A program made the translations under genes and the position numbers. The notes beneath the pieces were generated by a model. It was not told the origin of the DNA. It saw only the letters and a list, made by a program, of their open reading frames with translations, and did not search any database. Shown piece by piece: positions 14,601-27,034 of a stretch of DNA of 64,000 nt; the stretch's first letter is position 1, and the number at the start of each line of letters is the position of its first letter. The DNA is from Takakia lepidozioides (taxonomy: Eukaryota; Plantae; Bryophyta): NCBI GenBank assembly GCA_030704615.1, contig CM060733.1, forward strand, positions 70,804,001-70,868,000, written 5' to 3'.

Positions 14601-15994
14601 AACCTTGTCGCCAACTGTGGTTCTCCTTTGGCAGAACGCACCTCAATAGAGGCCCCAACGTCACTTGTCGGGAGTCCCAAGCTTTTGTGCCGTTGCCGGT
14701 GTCATGAAGGAGTGCGACGCTCCTGTGTCCACCAACAACGACACATTAGTTCCGGATATTATCCCATCCACGAACAATAACTGACTCCCTTTTCGTAAGG
14801 CGCCAGTTTCCTGATACAACTCACAAGAAAATTTGCCTACCTTGCAAGTCCTGGCGACCACCGCTTCCACCAAGCGACTGATGGTATCTTCCGACAGCTC
14901 CGTGGTCGCCCGAGTCATGTTCAATTGTCGGGGCTTCGTGCACTTCTTGGCCATGTGCCCGGGCTCCCCGCAATTGAAACACACTCCATCAAAGGTCGCC
15001 TTCTGTCCGCCATAAGCCGCTCCACCCGCTTTTCCTTTCGAAGCACCGGGTGCCGCCTTGACGTGTGAAGGCCCTCCCTTCGATTTCCACGTGCCATTTT
15101 CGCCGCGTGGCCTATCCCACTTCTTTCCGGTCGGAAGGAGTCACCTTCCCGCCGAATCTCTTTGGGTTCAGCTCCGTACGGCCTTGTCTTTCACCCCTAG
15201 GGACATCCGAGAAACATTCAGCCCTCTCAATTGCCTCGTTCAAAGTCTTGGGTGGCTTCTCCTCCAACTTCCGCCTGGCCCATGGGGCCAGTCCCGCCAC
15301 AAAGTTGAAGACCATTTCTGGTTCTGCCATGTCCGCGACTTCGAGCAACAGCACATTGAAAGCCTGGACATACCCCCGAATGTCATCTGTTTGCTTCAAA
15401 TTCCTCATCTTGTCCCGGGCAAGCCAGGACGCGTTGAGGGGCACAAACTGTCTCTTCATCAATTCCTTGAACCCACTCCAGTTCAAGGTTTCCGGGCTTG
15501 GACCTCGGTCGTGAAGGCGTTTCTGCCACCATTGTTGAGCATAGCCCCTCAAATAGGTGGGAGCCACTTCCACCCGATCCTCGTCACTCAACTTGGCCGC
15601 CCGGAAGTACTGCTCTAGCTCCAGGAGCCAGGTGTTGAGTGCCTTCCGATTTCGGACGCCCTCGAAGGTGCGGGTTCCTTAGGCTTCACCTTAAACTTTG
15701 CCTTAGTGGAAGTGGCATTAGCCGCCTTCAACACGTCTTTCAACGTCCCGCCAAACTGCGCCAACAACCCTTCCCAAAAGCTGCCGGCATGGGAGGCATC
15801 TCTTGGTTTGTCGGAGCTCTCAAGGATTCCTCGGGCTCCGACTCCTCGGATTCCTCCCGCTCGAGCGGCCTCGTTTTCGGAAACATGCATCGCTTCCTCA
15901 AACGGCCGCCTCGGTGACACGTCGCCCCCATCGGGCACCAGGATCATCATCTTTTGGGCCGTTCCGCTTTCGCTTCGGGCTTGCCCGACCCCAT
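11635..15994 (-). pseudogene. gag-pol of copy A (frameshifted): gag with CCHC knuckle, aspartic protease, RT, RNase H, integrase, chromodomain
   Basis: CFNCGEPGHMAKKC; LVDTGASHSF; [12 protein letters not shown] and YIDDIL; TDASDFAIGGVL; SMDF, SDRD, TDGQTER; GPF; chromodomain YEVEAIL...YLVKWKGY...SW. Frameshifts are mostly single-base indels. Confidence 0.93.
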
Positions 15995-16035
15995 GATGAG
16001 GCCAATCCCAAGGACGATCGCGTACTGAACTCTAA

Positions 16036-16047
16036 GCTCTGATACCA
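16036..16047 (-). promoter_or_regulatory. Primer-binding site (tRNA-iMet) of copy A
   Basis: TGGTATCAGAGC 2 nt inside the 5' LTR end. Confidence 0.9.
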
Positions 16048-16049
16048 AG

Positions 16050-16765
16050 TGCGCACCTCACTTCGGTAAGCTCCCCTCAAGTCATAGTTACTCGCTTTGA
16101 TGCGCGCGCCTGACTCCCAACCTGGCCGCCGGGCCAACTTGGAGCTTCGGCTGCTCACCGGGACATAACGGTCCCCCTTCGCTCTCCCAAAGACCCTCCA
16201 CCTATTGGGCCTAGTGGAATTCCCTTTGGTAGATGGCAGTCCGGAACAACTCCCCACTCTTTGGTCGCTTTCCGGCTCGCTCGCTTACTCACTAGTTTTT
16301 GGTCACCAACGGGCTTGCACCGTTCTCGGGGTTACTACTCCCTATATATACTTCTGTAGCTGTCCGCGGGGTTTCACAACCAGCCATGCCATTTTATGGC
16401 GAACCACCACGAAGACCCTCGATTCCCGGTGGTGAGTCGCGGTGAGTCTTGGCCCGCTCACCACGGCCCCTATGGACCGTGATGAGTCCCAAGACTCCCC
16501 ACGACTCCCACCACGAGGTCTCCGCCCCCATGGTGAGTCCTATGCCACCCCCACTAAGTCCCACTAAGCTACCACCACCCCTTGTGGAGCCACCCCCACC
16601 GCAACCCGGTGTGCGGGGCTCCACCTAGTGAGCGCCTCCGCCCTGAGTGCCTTGGGCACTCAAGGGTGCTTCAGCCCCCCATACCTATCGCTGCCGCTGC
16701 CCCCACCACAGGGGCAGCCCCTCATGTGTCCCGACCCCCTGCCCTCAAGGCAAAGGGCCGCGACA
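16050..16765 (-). repeat. 5' LTR of chromovirus copy A
   Basis: Matches 10021-10727; outer end flanked by TSD TTTTC. Confidence 0.95.
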
Positions 16766-17383
16766 TTTTCCCCAAGAACTGTCGAAGTAAGCAGCTGGGT
16801 TCTCCTTGCGCTGCTGCATTTTGAAAGAGCTGTCACAAGCACCGACCATGCTTTACGGGCTTCAGACACAAGGTATGAGTGAGCCCAAGTACAACAGTTT
16901 CCGCAAACAAGGCCTCATACTCTGGAATGCCACAGCACATTATTTATTTATTTCTTAAGGTGATTCTGGATTCAAATCCTACTACCTTGTCGGGTGAGGT
17001 ATTTATATTTTTCACCTGCCCTTGGGCGGTGTCTCTTGAGCCTTGTGCTCGGTGCCTCATGGCAAGGTTACTTTGAAAGAGGTTCTTTTCTCCTCTCACT
17101 ATAATTAAGGGGCCTATTGGCTCCCCGTTGTTTCCTCTATGAATTAGGGGAAAAAAAACTATGAACAACAACAAATACACGATTGCCAAGATTCATTGCA
17201 CCCTGCCTATGTATTGTCCTAACATTAGATGCCCTCCCTTTCTATATACATCCAGCAGTTTGAACTTCATTTCACACAAAATTCAGTCATCTAATCCAAT
17301 AATACTGTTGTATTGTGACATCTAGTCCCAATCATAAATTAGGATAGGTAAGCAAGACAGATAAGCCAAATGAGCCAAGATGT

Positions 17384-17416
17384 CTGATACCAACTGTCGC
17401 GCGCCTCACTTTGGAA
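17384..17416 (-). mobile_element. PBS plus ~22-bp LTR stub related to the chromovirus family
   Basis: tctgatacca-ac-TGTCGCGCGCCTCACTTTGG resembles the PBS/LTR junction of copy A, then breaks off. Confidence 0.5.
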
Positions 17417-17970
17417 GGTTGGGTAGCGTGTGAGCAGGTTCACGTCGGCGTGAGTCTGTTTACGCGAGCAGACCGGCGTATTCCGCATATTCCCCAAAAA
17501 ACCTAAGAATATGCTGAGCGAAAAAAAAAAATGCGCTTACATAAAAAAATTATGAAATTTGCTTAAAATTTGTGCTTACGTGAGCACGAGAGTTCTTCTG
17601 TTGGCGAAACTATCTATTTGATTTTCGGGTTTTATTTTATTATTATTATTATTATTGGCTTTGTTTTGCTCATTGCAAACTCCAAACTCAAGCATTTCTC
17701 ACATTTCGCTAGAGAGATACTAATGTTTATAATATTAAAAATAATATCTTACTATTAAATATTTGTGTTTTATTGTATGTCCAAAGGGTTTTAGTTAAAA
17801 TATACTCATAGACCATGTAACTGACTCTATTAGCGTAACAGTACCATATGTCCATCTATGACTTGTATTTCCATTTGCAAACATACTACCCCTATAACCG
17901 TGGACTGTGCTCATGCTAGTTTTTTTTTTTTTTCCTGCTCACGTTTTTTTTGCTCACGAGATACCAAGCC
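17417..17970. mobile_element. Possible MITE (~550 bp, AT-rich) with imperfect ~20-bp TIRs
   Basis: Left GGTTGGGTAGCGTGTGAGCA versus reverse complement of right end GGCTTGGTATCTCGTGAGCA (15/20); internal GTGAGCA/TGCTCAC repeats; no TSD seen. Confidence 0.4.
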
Positions 17971-18946
17971 CCCACTCCTAGTTCTTCCAAGCTTCTCTCT
18001 ATCTCCACAGCTATTTCTAATGCTTCATTGATGTCGGCAAAGCGTCTGCCTAACATAACTCTTGCAATTTCTGGACGCAAACCACCAACAAATCGTCTCC
18101 TTTGTTCCAGGTCAGAAATCTGCCCCTTGATAAACAATCGATTGAGCCTGTCAAAATATGTTTGCACCCTCTGCTTGTGGTCCTGTTTGATGGCATCCAT
18201 ATAACTTCTGCCATATCGACCGTACCAAACTTTGCGACTATGGCTGCCTGAAAATTTGGCCAGCTGTCAGGTTTAGGGTTCTGCTTACAGAACCACTCAT
18301 CAACCTTGGATTTAGGTTTAAGCGAGCAACCTTGAATATTTTATCCGCAATAAGATCACGAACATCTCCAGCCATCTGGATTCTCTCAACCCAATCACTA
18401 ACATCATCATTATCCCTCCCATAAAACAAAGCGTCAATTTCTGATGGACTTGTCATCTTGGAATTGACTGTATGCAACAACTAGTCTTCCTACCACGACA
18501 ATCCAAATGCACTTGCTTCTAAAATATTGAATCCTTCTACAAAGCTAATTCTGACCGCGGTACCACTCCCACTAACCATTGCGCAACATTTCTATTCGCC
18601 CTCCCCATATCACTTCCCGTGCCATGGTGTTCACATTTTTCAATCTACTTGCTTCACGAACCCAGAGTGCGATGCTGCTTCTACCCCCAGCGTATATGAC
18701 TCTAAGACACAGATCTCCATCAAATAGCCTCCACGTTGGATTAAAGAAGTAGAGTCTAGGTTGAACATGAGCAATAGTTGATATTTGACTAAAATATATC
18801 AACACGTCACCTATGCTTGGCTCGTCAGGTATCAGGGTATGATCAAGGCCAGCCATTCGGCTAATGTCTCACCCGTCGTCACATAAAACTTATCAATAAC
18901 ATAGACTATAAACAAAACTAAGCGATCAGCTAAGCTTTGATACCAA
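17971..18946 (-). pseudogene. Degenerate gag region of a different Ty3/gypsy element with a PBS-like site
   Basis: FYGRDNDDVSDWVERIQMAGDV and KQDHKQRVQTYFDRLNRLF...RRRFVGGLRPEI (retrotransposon gag, major-homology-like region); TGGTATCAAAGC at ~18934-18945. Confidence 0.7.
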
Positions 18947-19002
18947 AAGAAAGGGGAGATCCCCTTTGTGTGACATTGAGATAGTCTTGACCAGAGATAA
19001 CA

Positions 19003-19581
19003 TGTCGCACAACTCACTTCGGTAAACTCCCCTTCAAGTCATAGTTACTCACTTTCATGCGCGCGCCTAATTCCCAAACTAGCCGTCGGGCCAACTCGGA
19101 GCTTCGGCTGCTCACCGGGACAAAACGGTCCCCCCTTGCTCCCCCATGGGATCCTCAACGAGTCGGGCCCAATGGAGATTCCCTTTGGATGTAGGCAGTC
19201 CGGAATAGTTCCCCACATTTTGGTCGTTTTCCGGCTCGCTTGCTTGCTCACTAGCTTTTGGTCGCTCAACGGGCTTACACCATCCTTGGGGTTACTACTC
19301 CCTATGTATACTTCTGTAGGTGTCGGCGGAGGTCTCACAAATAGCCAAGTTCTTTTCTGGTAAACCACCAACGTGACCCTTGACTCCTTGTGATGAGTCG
19401 CGGTCTTGGCCCACCCACCACGGCCCCAATGGACCGTGGTGAGCCCCAAGACTCCCCATGATGTTGTAACAGCCCCGCTTGCTTTTTGTCCTCACTCCGG
19501 TTTTGTGGACATGTGGTGCATGTCTTAACATACCCATTGGCCTCCTCCCTTAGTTTGGGCCAAAAATGCTCCTACTTCAAG
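19003..19581 (-). mobile_element. Diverged chromovirus LTR fragment (19003-~19460) joined to an integrase zinc-finger fragment (~19461-19581)
   Basis: Colinear with LTR 10021-~10475, then abruptly similar to 12740-12855. Confidence 0.8.
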
Positions 19582-22500
19582 CACTACAGCAAATGGGGGG
19601 GAGGGGGGGGGGGGGGTAGCGACGCCAGCCGCGGCCCCACGCCAGCGGTACGGCGGAATTGGCCAGTTTTATCAGTGTTAATTTACTGTTTTTCCATCTA
19701 TACCGGATGGACTCTAACAGTTTTTTCACCCGCCCTATGACAATTTTTTATCCATACCGGATGAATTACCTGGGTGGACACTAAACAAGGTCTATGATTT
19801 TTCCATTCCTCTTTTATTGACTTTCATCCATACCAGATGAGTCACGAGAGAATGAGGAATTACCTCTGTAGGGGTTGACACTGACATCCTATATATAAAT
19901 TTTTCCATCCATACCGGATAAAAAATACCAGGATATTAATTCATTTATTCCTCTTTTATGGCTTTTTTCCATATTGGATGAGGCATTTTTTTGGGGATGT
20001 TGAATTACCTGTTAGGATGTGAAACCGTTGCATTGGATGTTATGTACTGTTTTTCCATCCTATTGACGAACCTTCTCCAACTGGATGAACTTATTGACTT
20101 TTTCATCTAAACCGGATGAAATATGCAGCCTATGATAATATGCAGCCTGTATTGCTGATTAATTACCCTTAATTATGGCTAATTAAGGAGTGAAACCCTA
20201 ACCCCTACCCTATAACCTATTGTTTAAACCTAGCTAACGGATGACATCCGTCGGGTTTCGAAAAAAATGGTGTTGATTACTCATCCTGCACGGATGAAAA
20301 ATCGGGCATGGCCCTAGGGTGTCTCTCCCGCCGTCAGCAGCACTCCTCGTGCTTCTGAGCTCGCGGGATGAGAGTTATGGCGTCTGCGTTTTGTTGCTAC
20401 CCTGTCTGCTGCTTCGTGCCCATGCTGGACGAGCTCCTGGGGATGCGCAATGACGGCGTTTTGTCTCTTCTCACAGGCGGGAAACAATGTTGTGAATGCA
20501 TCGTCTCTTTCCCTCCTCTGGCTTTTATGTTTCGCAGCGGCGCTTGTGTGGGGAAGTATCTCTCTCTCCCTTCTTAAACCTAGCAAGGATGCTTGTATGC
20601 TTCACTTCTCCTTAGTTGTGCTGGAGGTGGCTTGCTGGTGGCGATGGCGCACAGTTATCTTCCCCAATCGCTCAAGGTGCTTTTGGTGATTAGGGTTTCT
20701 TTTACTTGATGTCTTTCTCTCTTGCTTTTGAGGTTCTTAGTTGACATCGATGACAAGTGTAGGGGTTTGTGATTCACCTGGGGTCCCACAATCCTCACTA
20801 ACTTGTTGGTTTTTGTGGGGGCTTGTGATGGGACTAGGTGAGGATCCCTACTTGCTTTGAATTCTCTTGAGCTTGCAGATAAAGATGTGGGCAAAATGAA
20901 CCTATTCCGTATGGCGTCATGACTTGGCTACTATGTGCAGCCCCGATTTCGGCCCGCTTGCTCCTGGTTTGGCATTCTGATGCTTATTTTTGCCTTATGT
21001 TTTGCTGCCTTTGATGGAGCACTTCGACATGGTAGGCTTGTCTCTTGAAGCCCAGCATCTGGACCTTACCTTGTCTTGAATCTTTGACAGCATTGCGTGT
21101 GGATTATTAAGCTAGGTACTGTTTTGGCCTTAAAGGAGAGTTATGATTTATGGGTAAGGCATCAATGGCTGTTTGGTTCTAAGGAAGAGGAGGTCCTGTT
21201 TTTAAAATATGGCAACCTGATAAGACAATGACAGGCCTCTCTCAGGCCTGGATTTGGTGTGGAATGGAGCATAGTGAGGTTTTTTTTGCAAAACCTGGCA
21301 TAAACCTCCTGGAAAACAGCGTTGGTAAGCTCTACTAGACCTTTGCCAGAGATTATTTGCCTTATTTTGCCATCAGACCAGGCACCTACAATGTATGATT
21401 TATTTTTGGCCAAGTGGGCTTGGTCTCGGGCACTCAAAGTGTTTGTGTGTCCATATCTGTAACATGGCAGGCCCTTCTTCCATGCCAAAATGCCTTACAT
21501 GATGCATGTCTTGGGGCAATTATACATGGTGTAGAATGAAATTGCAGTCTGTCTTGTCATGCCCAAGTGGGTCACTTGGTTGCATGTTTGGAATCTAATA
21601 AACTGCAGGCTGGTCCATCAAGATGTTTGTGTATACATGTCTTGAATCTGTAGTATGGCAGGCTGTTCTTACCTACCCAAGAAGCCTTGCATGATGCATG
21701 TCTTGGGACACTTACAAATGGGAAAGAGTGAAGCTGCAATATGTTTTGTCATGCCCAAGAAGTTTACTTGGTTGCATGATTGTAATCTGATTAATTGTAG
21801 GCTGGTCCTTCAAGGTACTTGTATGAACATATCCTGAATCTGTAGTAGAACAGGCTGTTCTTACCTACCCAATGAGCCTTGCATGATGCATGTCTTGGGG
21901 TACTTACAAATGGCAAAGAATGAAGCTGCAATTTGTTTTGTCATGCCCAAGAAGATTACTTGGTTGCATGTTTGAAATCTGGTAAATTGCAGGCTGGTCC
22001 TTCAAGGTGCTTGTATGAACATACCTTGAATCTGTAGCAGGGCAGGCTGTTCTTACCTACCCAGGGAGCCTTGCATGGTGCATGTCTTGGGTTACTTACA
22101 GAAATTTGAACATGCTGCAGCAATCTGTTTTTTTAGTACACAAGATGCTTACTTATATGCTTGTCTTGTTGTCATGACCTGTACATAAACAACCCCGCCC
22201 TCCCGCCATGTTTTATCATGAATGATTGGGTGAAATCAATTGGGAAGTCATGACAAGAATGGAAGTGTTAGATGGTGCCATGTTTATGGGCTGTTTATGT
22301 CTTTAATTGACAATGACCCTAGTGGGTCTTGTCCATGTCTTGACATGACATGAGTATCTTCCATCTCTTTCTATTTCCAGTGTACTTGGTGGTTCTTGTA
22401 CACACCATCTACCACTTTCCTTTCTGATTATTTCTTCATCATGTTGATGTACTAAAATGGTTTTTTTCTGGCCTGGCAGAAGGTCCCTCCATGACAAAGA

Positions 22501-24092
22501 TATGGAGCAATGACCTTCATAAGGTATGTCCTCCAACAAATGATCACTATCTAAGTCCTACCGGCAAAGAGAAATCACATACTCCTCTTCACAGGGCGAG
22601 TTTGCGTTTCTAAGTCATACGGTATCCTACAATCTACTTAGTAACTACCTTCCAAGTCTTTGTGTTTTATTGTCTAATTCCTACCGCCTAGGCCCCCGAG
22701 CCGCCTATAGCTGGGACATGTTTTAATCCCTTCATAAGGCACCTGCCAAGCCTAGGAAGAAGAGGGAAAATCTTCCTCTCCCAATGCCCCTCCTTCACCG
22801 AGTGCTTAAGTTCAAGTCATCTCTGATGGAAGGGCCAACGCTTCCTACCCCAGTGCCTAAAATACTTTGTCTTAGCAAAGGAGTGGCCAAAATACCTATC
22901 ATAATCCAATAGGTTCACCAATTTCAATAAGGTGGTTCTAAGCCCCTCAACTCAATAAGTTCAATCAGTTTAATCAACGCCCTTCAGGCTATAACGTGCA
23001 CCACGTGCATCTATCCTATTTAAGCAATTTCGCAAATCAGAAATGTTGGAAAATAAAAGAATTTAAGAAAATCAGGAAAAATACCTCCCCTATGGGAAAT
23101 CCTGTGGGGAATCCAAAGACACCCTTGGCGCCTAAAGATGCCCTTGGGAACCCTGTGGGAACCGATGAACATCCGGGAACCGTTCCCTGTCGTGGGGAAC
23201 TGCCGTGGCCCTATCGGATGAATGAATCTCGCTGAGAGCTCATCCCTGCCACTACATTCGTTAGTCCAAAACATGCATGCGTAAATAATAAAATAACCAC
23301 TGGTGGGTCCAAGCCAGATTTCATCCATTTACATTATTTTAAGGCGCTGGTGCGCTTTTCCTCCGTAGAAAAAGTCATCCTCTACCTTGGGCTCTGACAC
23401 AAATGCGCACTGTAGCCGAGTTTTGAGGACAGAGTACTTTCTCTCATCCCTTGTCTCTCGAGGTCTCCGCCTCTAGCTCACTGCTCACAGACCCGCTTGG
23501 CTCTCTCTTGGAGTCATAAGAACGCTCCCCTCCAAGGCTACGTCCTCCCAAAATCCTAGATTTTATCTACCACTGGCGCCTTAGATAATGGCTCCTAACC
23601 CTTATAGGGGTATAAATTGAATCTAATAGCTAAAGGTAAGAATACCCCCATTTAAGGGAATTTGCAGACGCATTGCCCGCTGGGTAAAACGCCACCGCCA
23701 CATGGCGGGGCGCAGATCCGAGCGTAGCGGTCCAAGCCGTGGACTGCTGCGGTTAACGCCGGCGTCCGCTGGTCCGTCTCAGCTTTTGGTTATCCCGCGG
23801 GTAAAGACCCGCACCCTGCTCGCACGCTTTAGGGCCTCACGCCTGAGCCACGCGGCTGATGTACTTGATCTCAGTACGACTTAAGGTCAGCGCTGGGGCC
23901 CCGCTCCCCGTACGTCGTGGCTGGCCACGACTGCCTCCACGCTTTTAGTAATCGAGTGCCTACTCTCTAGGCGCAACGCCCGGGCTGCTCGCGACCTTGG
24001 GGCAGCTGCTGTCCAGCGAAATTAGCCCGCCCAAACCCCAAGACAAAAAAAATACAACCCACCCTCCCCTAGGCCTACATGGCTTGCTAGTG
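19582..24092. mobile_element. Possible non-autonomous CACTA element
   Basis: Starts CACTACAGCAAAT exactly where the integrase fragment stops; candidate right end TTGCTAGTG at 24084-24092; GC-rich subtermini; many TTTCCATCC/GGATG repeats at 19690-20300. No matching 3-bp TSD, so the right end is uncertain. Confidence 0.4.
21465..22130. repeat. Tandem repeat, ~192-bp unit, about 3.5 copies
   Basis: Marker CAGGCTGTTCTTACCTACCC...CCTTGCATGATGCATGTCTTGGG recurs near 21467, 21659, 21851 and 22043. Confidence 0.85.
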
Positions 24093-25744
24093 GGGGCGGG
24101 GGGGGGGGGATTAGCACATAGTGGCCTTATAGTGGCCTTATATCATAGATCCAGCCTACTGGCTTGCTTTTGCCAGAGCTGGCTATATTTCAAATTAGTA
24201 ATCAAACACAAAGATTCCTTCTTCAAACAATTCAAATACAAGCCTCTATTGGTACCCTTTCCAATAGGCTATGGGGTTCTTCCCCTTGTCAATTCTAGAC
24301 ATGAAATAGTGGGATTCCACAATGCACTCTCATCTTTTGAAGAGCCTAAATCAGATTTTCAACTTCAAGCTTTGCTTGGAAGATAATTGAATCACATACA
24401 TAAATGGTGAAATGGTAAGATAGGATCAACCTTTCTATGCGAGAGTGCTTGGAATGCTCTATCGACTCAAGTAATGGTACTCTATGCGGCCTCCACTTGG
24501 GCTCTCGTCCATAAGTCCACACCAGCCCCTTCTACTCGTCCTCAAGTCACTTTCCTCTACATGAATTTGCCCTCTTCCTTCACAAATGAAATGGCTCAAA
24601 GGCCCACAAGCTAGGCCACTTGCCTTAGCTCATAATAATTCTACCTAACTAGGGAGCTTCAAGCTCCACTCCCTAGGATCTAGCCTCCTCAAGCCTCAAA
24701 CTAACAACACTACAACAACAAGAGGAAACTAAGCAAGAGAAAGAACTAGATGAAGAACAAGAGAAGCCTTGCCCTTCTTTTATACTGTTTTTGAGCCTAA
24801 TAAATTAATGGAAAATATTCATTAAACTATTGTTTCCTTGGAGGATCTATAATATAATATTCAACATGGATGAAAAGTCTTAAAGGCAAATGAAAGTTGG
24901 TTTTTCATCCATCCAATTGGATGACCAGTTGGCGCGAGTTGTCATTTCATCCCAGCTCCTCAAGGCGAATTCGAGGATTTTTCATCCATCCAAGAACTAG
25001 AAATGCAAATAATAGGCCTTGTGAGTGCGGTCGACTCAATAATTTGGCCCCGCTGCTAATCAGCTCCATAAATCACCAAACTTGGTGAAAAACTACAATT
25101 ATATACTTTGTATCAGCTTGTAAATTCTCAGCTCCATCGGTGGTAAAAAGTTGTGCTTCTCGCCATTCGTCGTATTTTCGCTACACACAAATTTTGTGGT
25201 ATTTTTGGAAATCAAATCCCTGGTGATGGCTCTGGGGTCTTTGATTGTCCGGAGTCCCCTCTAGTTGCCCCGCACCGCTAACAAGTCCACGCTTTGCCGT
25301 TTGAAGTCGTCCTGACCTGCTGTCATTCCGATGCGGCCAATTGCTTTGTTGCGATATTTCATCGCTGTACATGTTGCTTCCACCAATTGCCAAGCTCCTC
25401 GCCATGTGTTCCTACTGGACTTGAAAGGCGGGAGAAAAGAGAGATCGCAATCTGGGACTGGAACAATCGTCCTGTATTGTTTGAACATGATTAACTTACT
25501 GTTTCTGGTACCGAATTGGCAGCCTAATCTGCTGTCGATGCAGCTTCCTACGGTCATCTTGACGCCAAAGTTCCACTCCATGGTCGTCGCAGACACTGTC
25601 TAATTTCCTACGTGCTTTACCAACGATTTCCAGACAACTAACAAACTAATCTGTTTTGGCAGTACAATGCCGAAACCGCTTGTCTTATGATAAAAAACGA
25701 TCTGAAAAGAAAAGTGTACCAATATATGCATCTACAACCTTTGA

Positions 25745-26266
25745 AATATTTGATGATAAGTATCTTTTGGCGAGGGTACTTGCGTTCGAATTGGGAGAGG
25801 AAAGGGCTCATATGCCAGGCCTGTTCAAGGGGAGATATGGATTTGGGGTAATCAGGGAGGTTTGCACACTGGTTTTCATCTGGCGGAGATTGAATAGGGA
25901 GCGGGCGGTAGGGGAATGGAGACAAGACTGTGACTGGAGGAAAGGTAGTGAGTGAAGTCCATTATACTTGGAGGCCAGGTGTTTGAGTAGCCCACGGTAG
26001 ATGAGACCTAGACGACCGGGGTCGTTGAGGGCCTCGAGTAGTTGGGAGCCAAAAGTGCGCGAGTATGATATTATTAAGCGACTAGTACCAATGCCATAGC
26101 TGTCCGTGGGGAGTTGAGTGAAAGCATTGGGAGTGCTAGTTGGGAGACCACAAATGCGCTTAGTGAGTTGGATATTTTGTCTATCGATTTGGATGATGTC
26201 AGGGAGGGAGAAGAGAGCCGCATGGAAGGAGTATTGGACCTGTGGTTTTAGGATGGATTCTATGAA
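25745..26266 (-). pseudogene. Non-LTR retrotransposon ORF, segment downstream of the RT core (continuation of 40003-41625)
   Basis: Frame FIESILKPQVQYSFHAALFSLPDIIQIDRQ...CGLPTSTPN...YGIG...ALNDPGRLG continues ...APIAIRPKLS from 40003 with no codon gained or lost. Confidence 0.85.
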
Positions 26267-27034
26267 CCCTTATACCCCCTTGGTGCGAATGTGTAGGGTG
26301 ATCAACCCACGCAAGGTGCTTCACAGATGTGAGCCCCCTGCGAGGTTAGCTATTTCATGAGCATGAGCGGAGTAGCAAGACAATCGGTTTTCATGAGCAG
26401 AAGTACAAATTTTGAAAATAAAAAACATTATAAAACATTAATTTAATGCAATGTGTCAGAAAAAACAAATATATTATTCGGCACCTTGAAGGAAAAATTG
26501 TAGTTTTGAGAGTTGTGCTCATCATATTTCGTCTTCCGCTCATGCCAATTCCCAGCGATATGTGCCAAAATGGCGCCGAATTTCGCGGTAATAGGGTCCG
26601 TAACCGGAAAAAACCGCGACGTATTTCGCGGTAATAGGTCTCTCTGCGAAAAATGGTGCCGAATTCCGCGGCTATAGGTCCCCTCATGACAAGTGTGTAA
26701 GCCCAAAATTTGGAAATGTGGCGCCGAATTTCGGTACATGGTGCCGGGGATTGCACAGATGTTGGGCAGTTCTGGGCCATGTAACTGGAAATTCGGCGTC
26801 ATTTTTCCAGACACGAGTACCAGTGCATGTTGGGACTTAGCCAATTTTCGGCCCAAAATAGAGAAATTCGGCGCCATTTTTCCAAAAATGGCCCCACAAC
26901 TGCTGTTGGATCTCAGTTTGAATGGAATATTGCCTCATTCCAGGAGTTTTGGGGTGTATTCATTACATTGCAAAAAAAACTGATACATGAAAATGCAATT
27001 GAAAATATCCATATGGAGGATTCCCTTTGCCCCA

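Larger units (their letters stand above)
10021..16765 (-). mobile_element. Full-length Ty3/gypsy chromovirus LTR retrotransposon (copy A)
   Basis: Two ~710-bp LTRs with TG...CA ends, 5-bp TSD TTTTC (10016-10020 and 16766-16770), tRNA-iMet PBS TGGTATCAGAGC, PPT, and gag-PR-RT-RH-IN-chromodomain order. Confidence 0.96.

Noticed and set aside
25181-25640. Possible degraded PHD finger (GKAWTC*RC)
   Set aside because: Several stops and an incomplete Cys/His pattern; not supportable.
26334-26345. CCCCCTGC as the left terminus with a 3-4-bp (T/C)GAG TSD
   Set aside because: The LINE frame resumes only at 26266, so 26267-26333 belongs to the insertion and the apparent TSD is not at the true junction.
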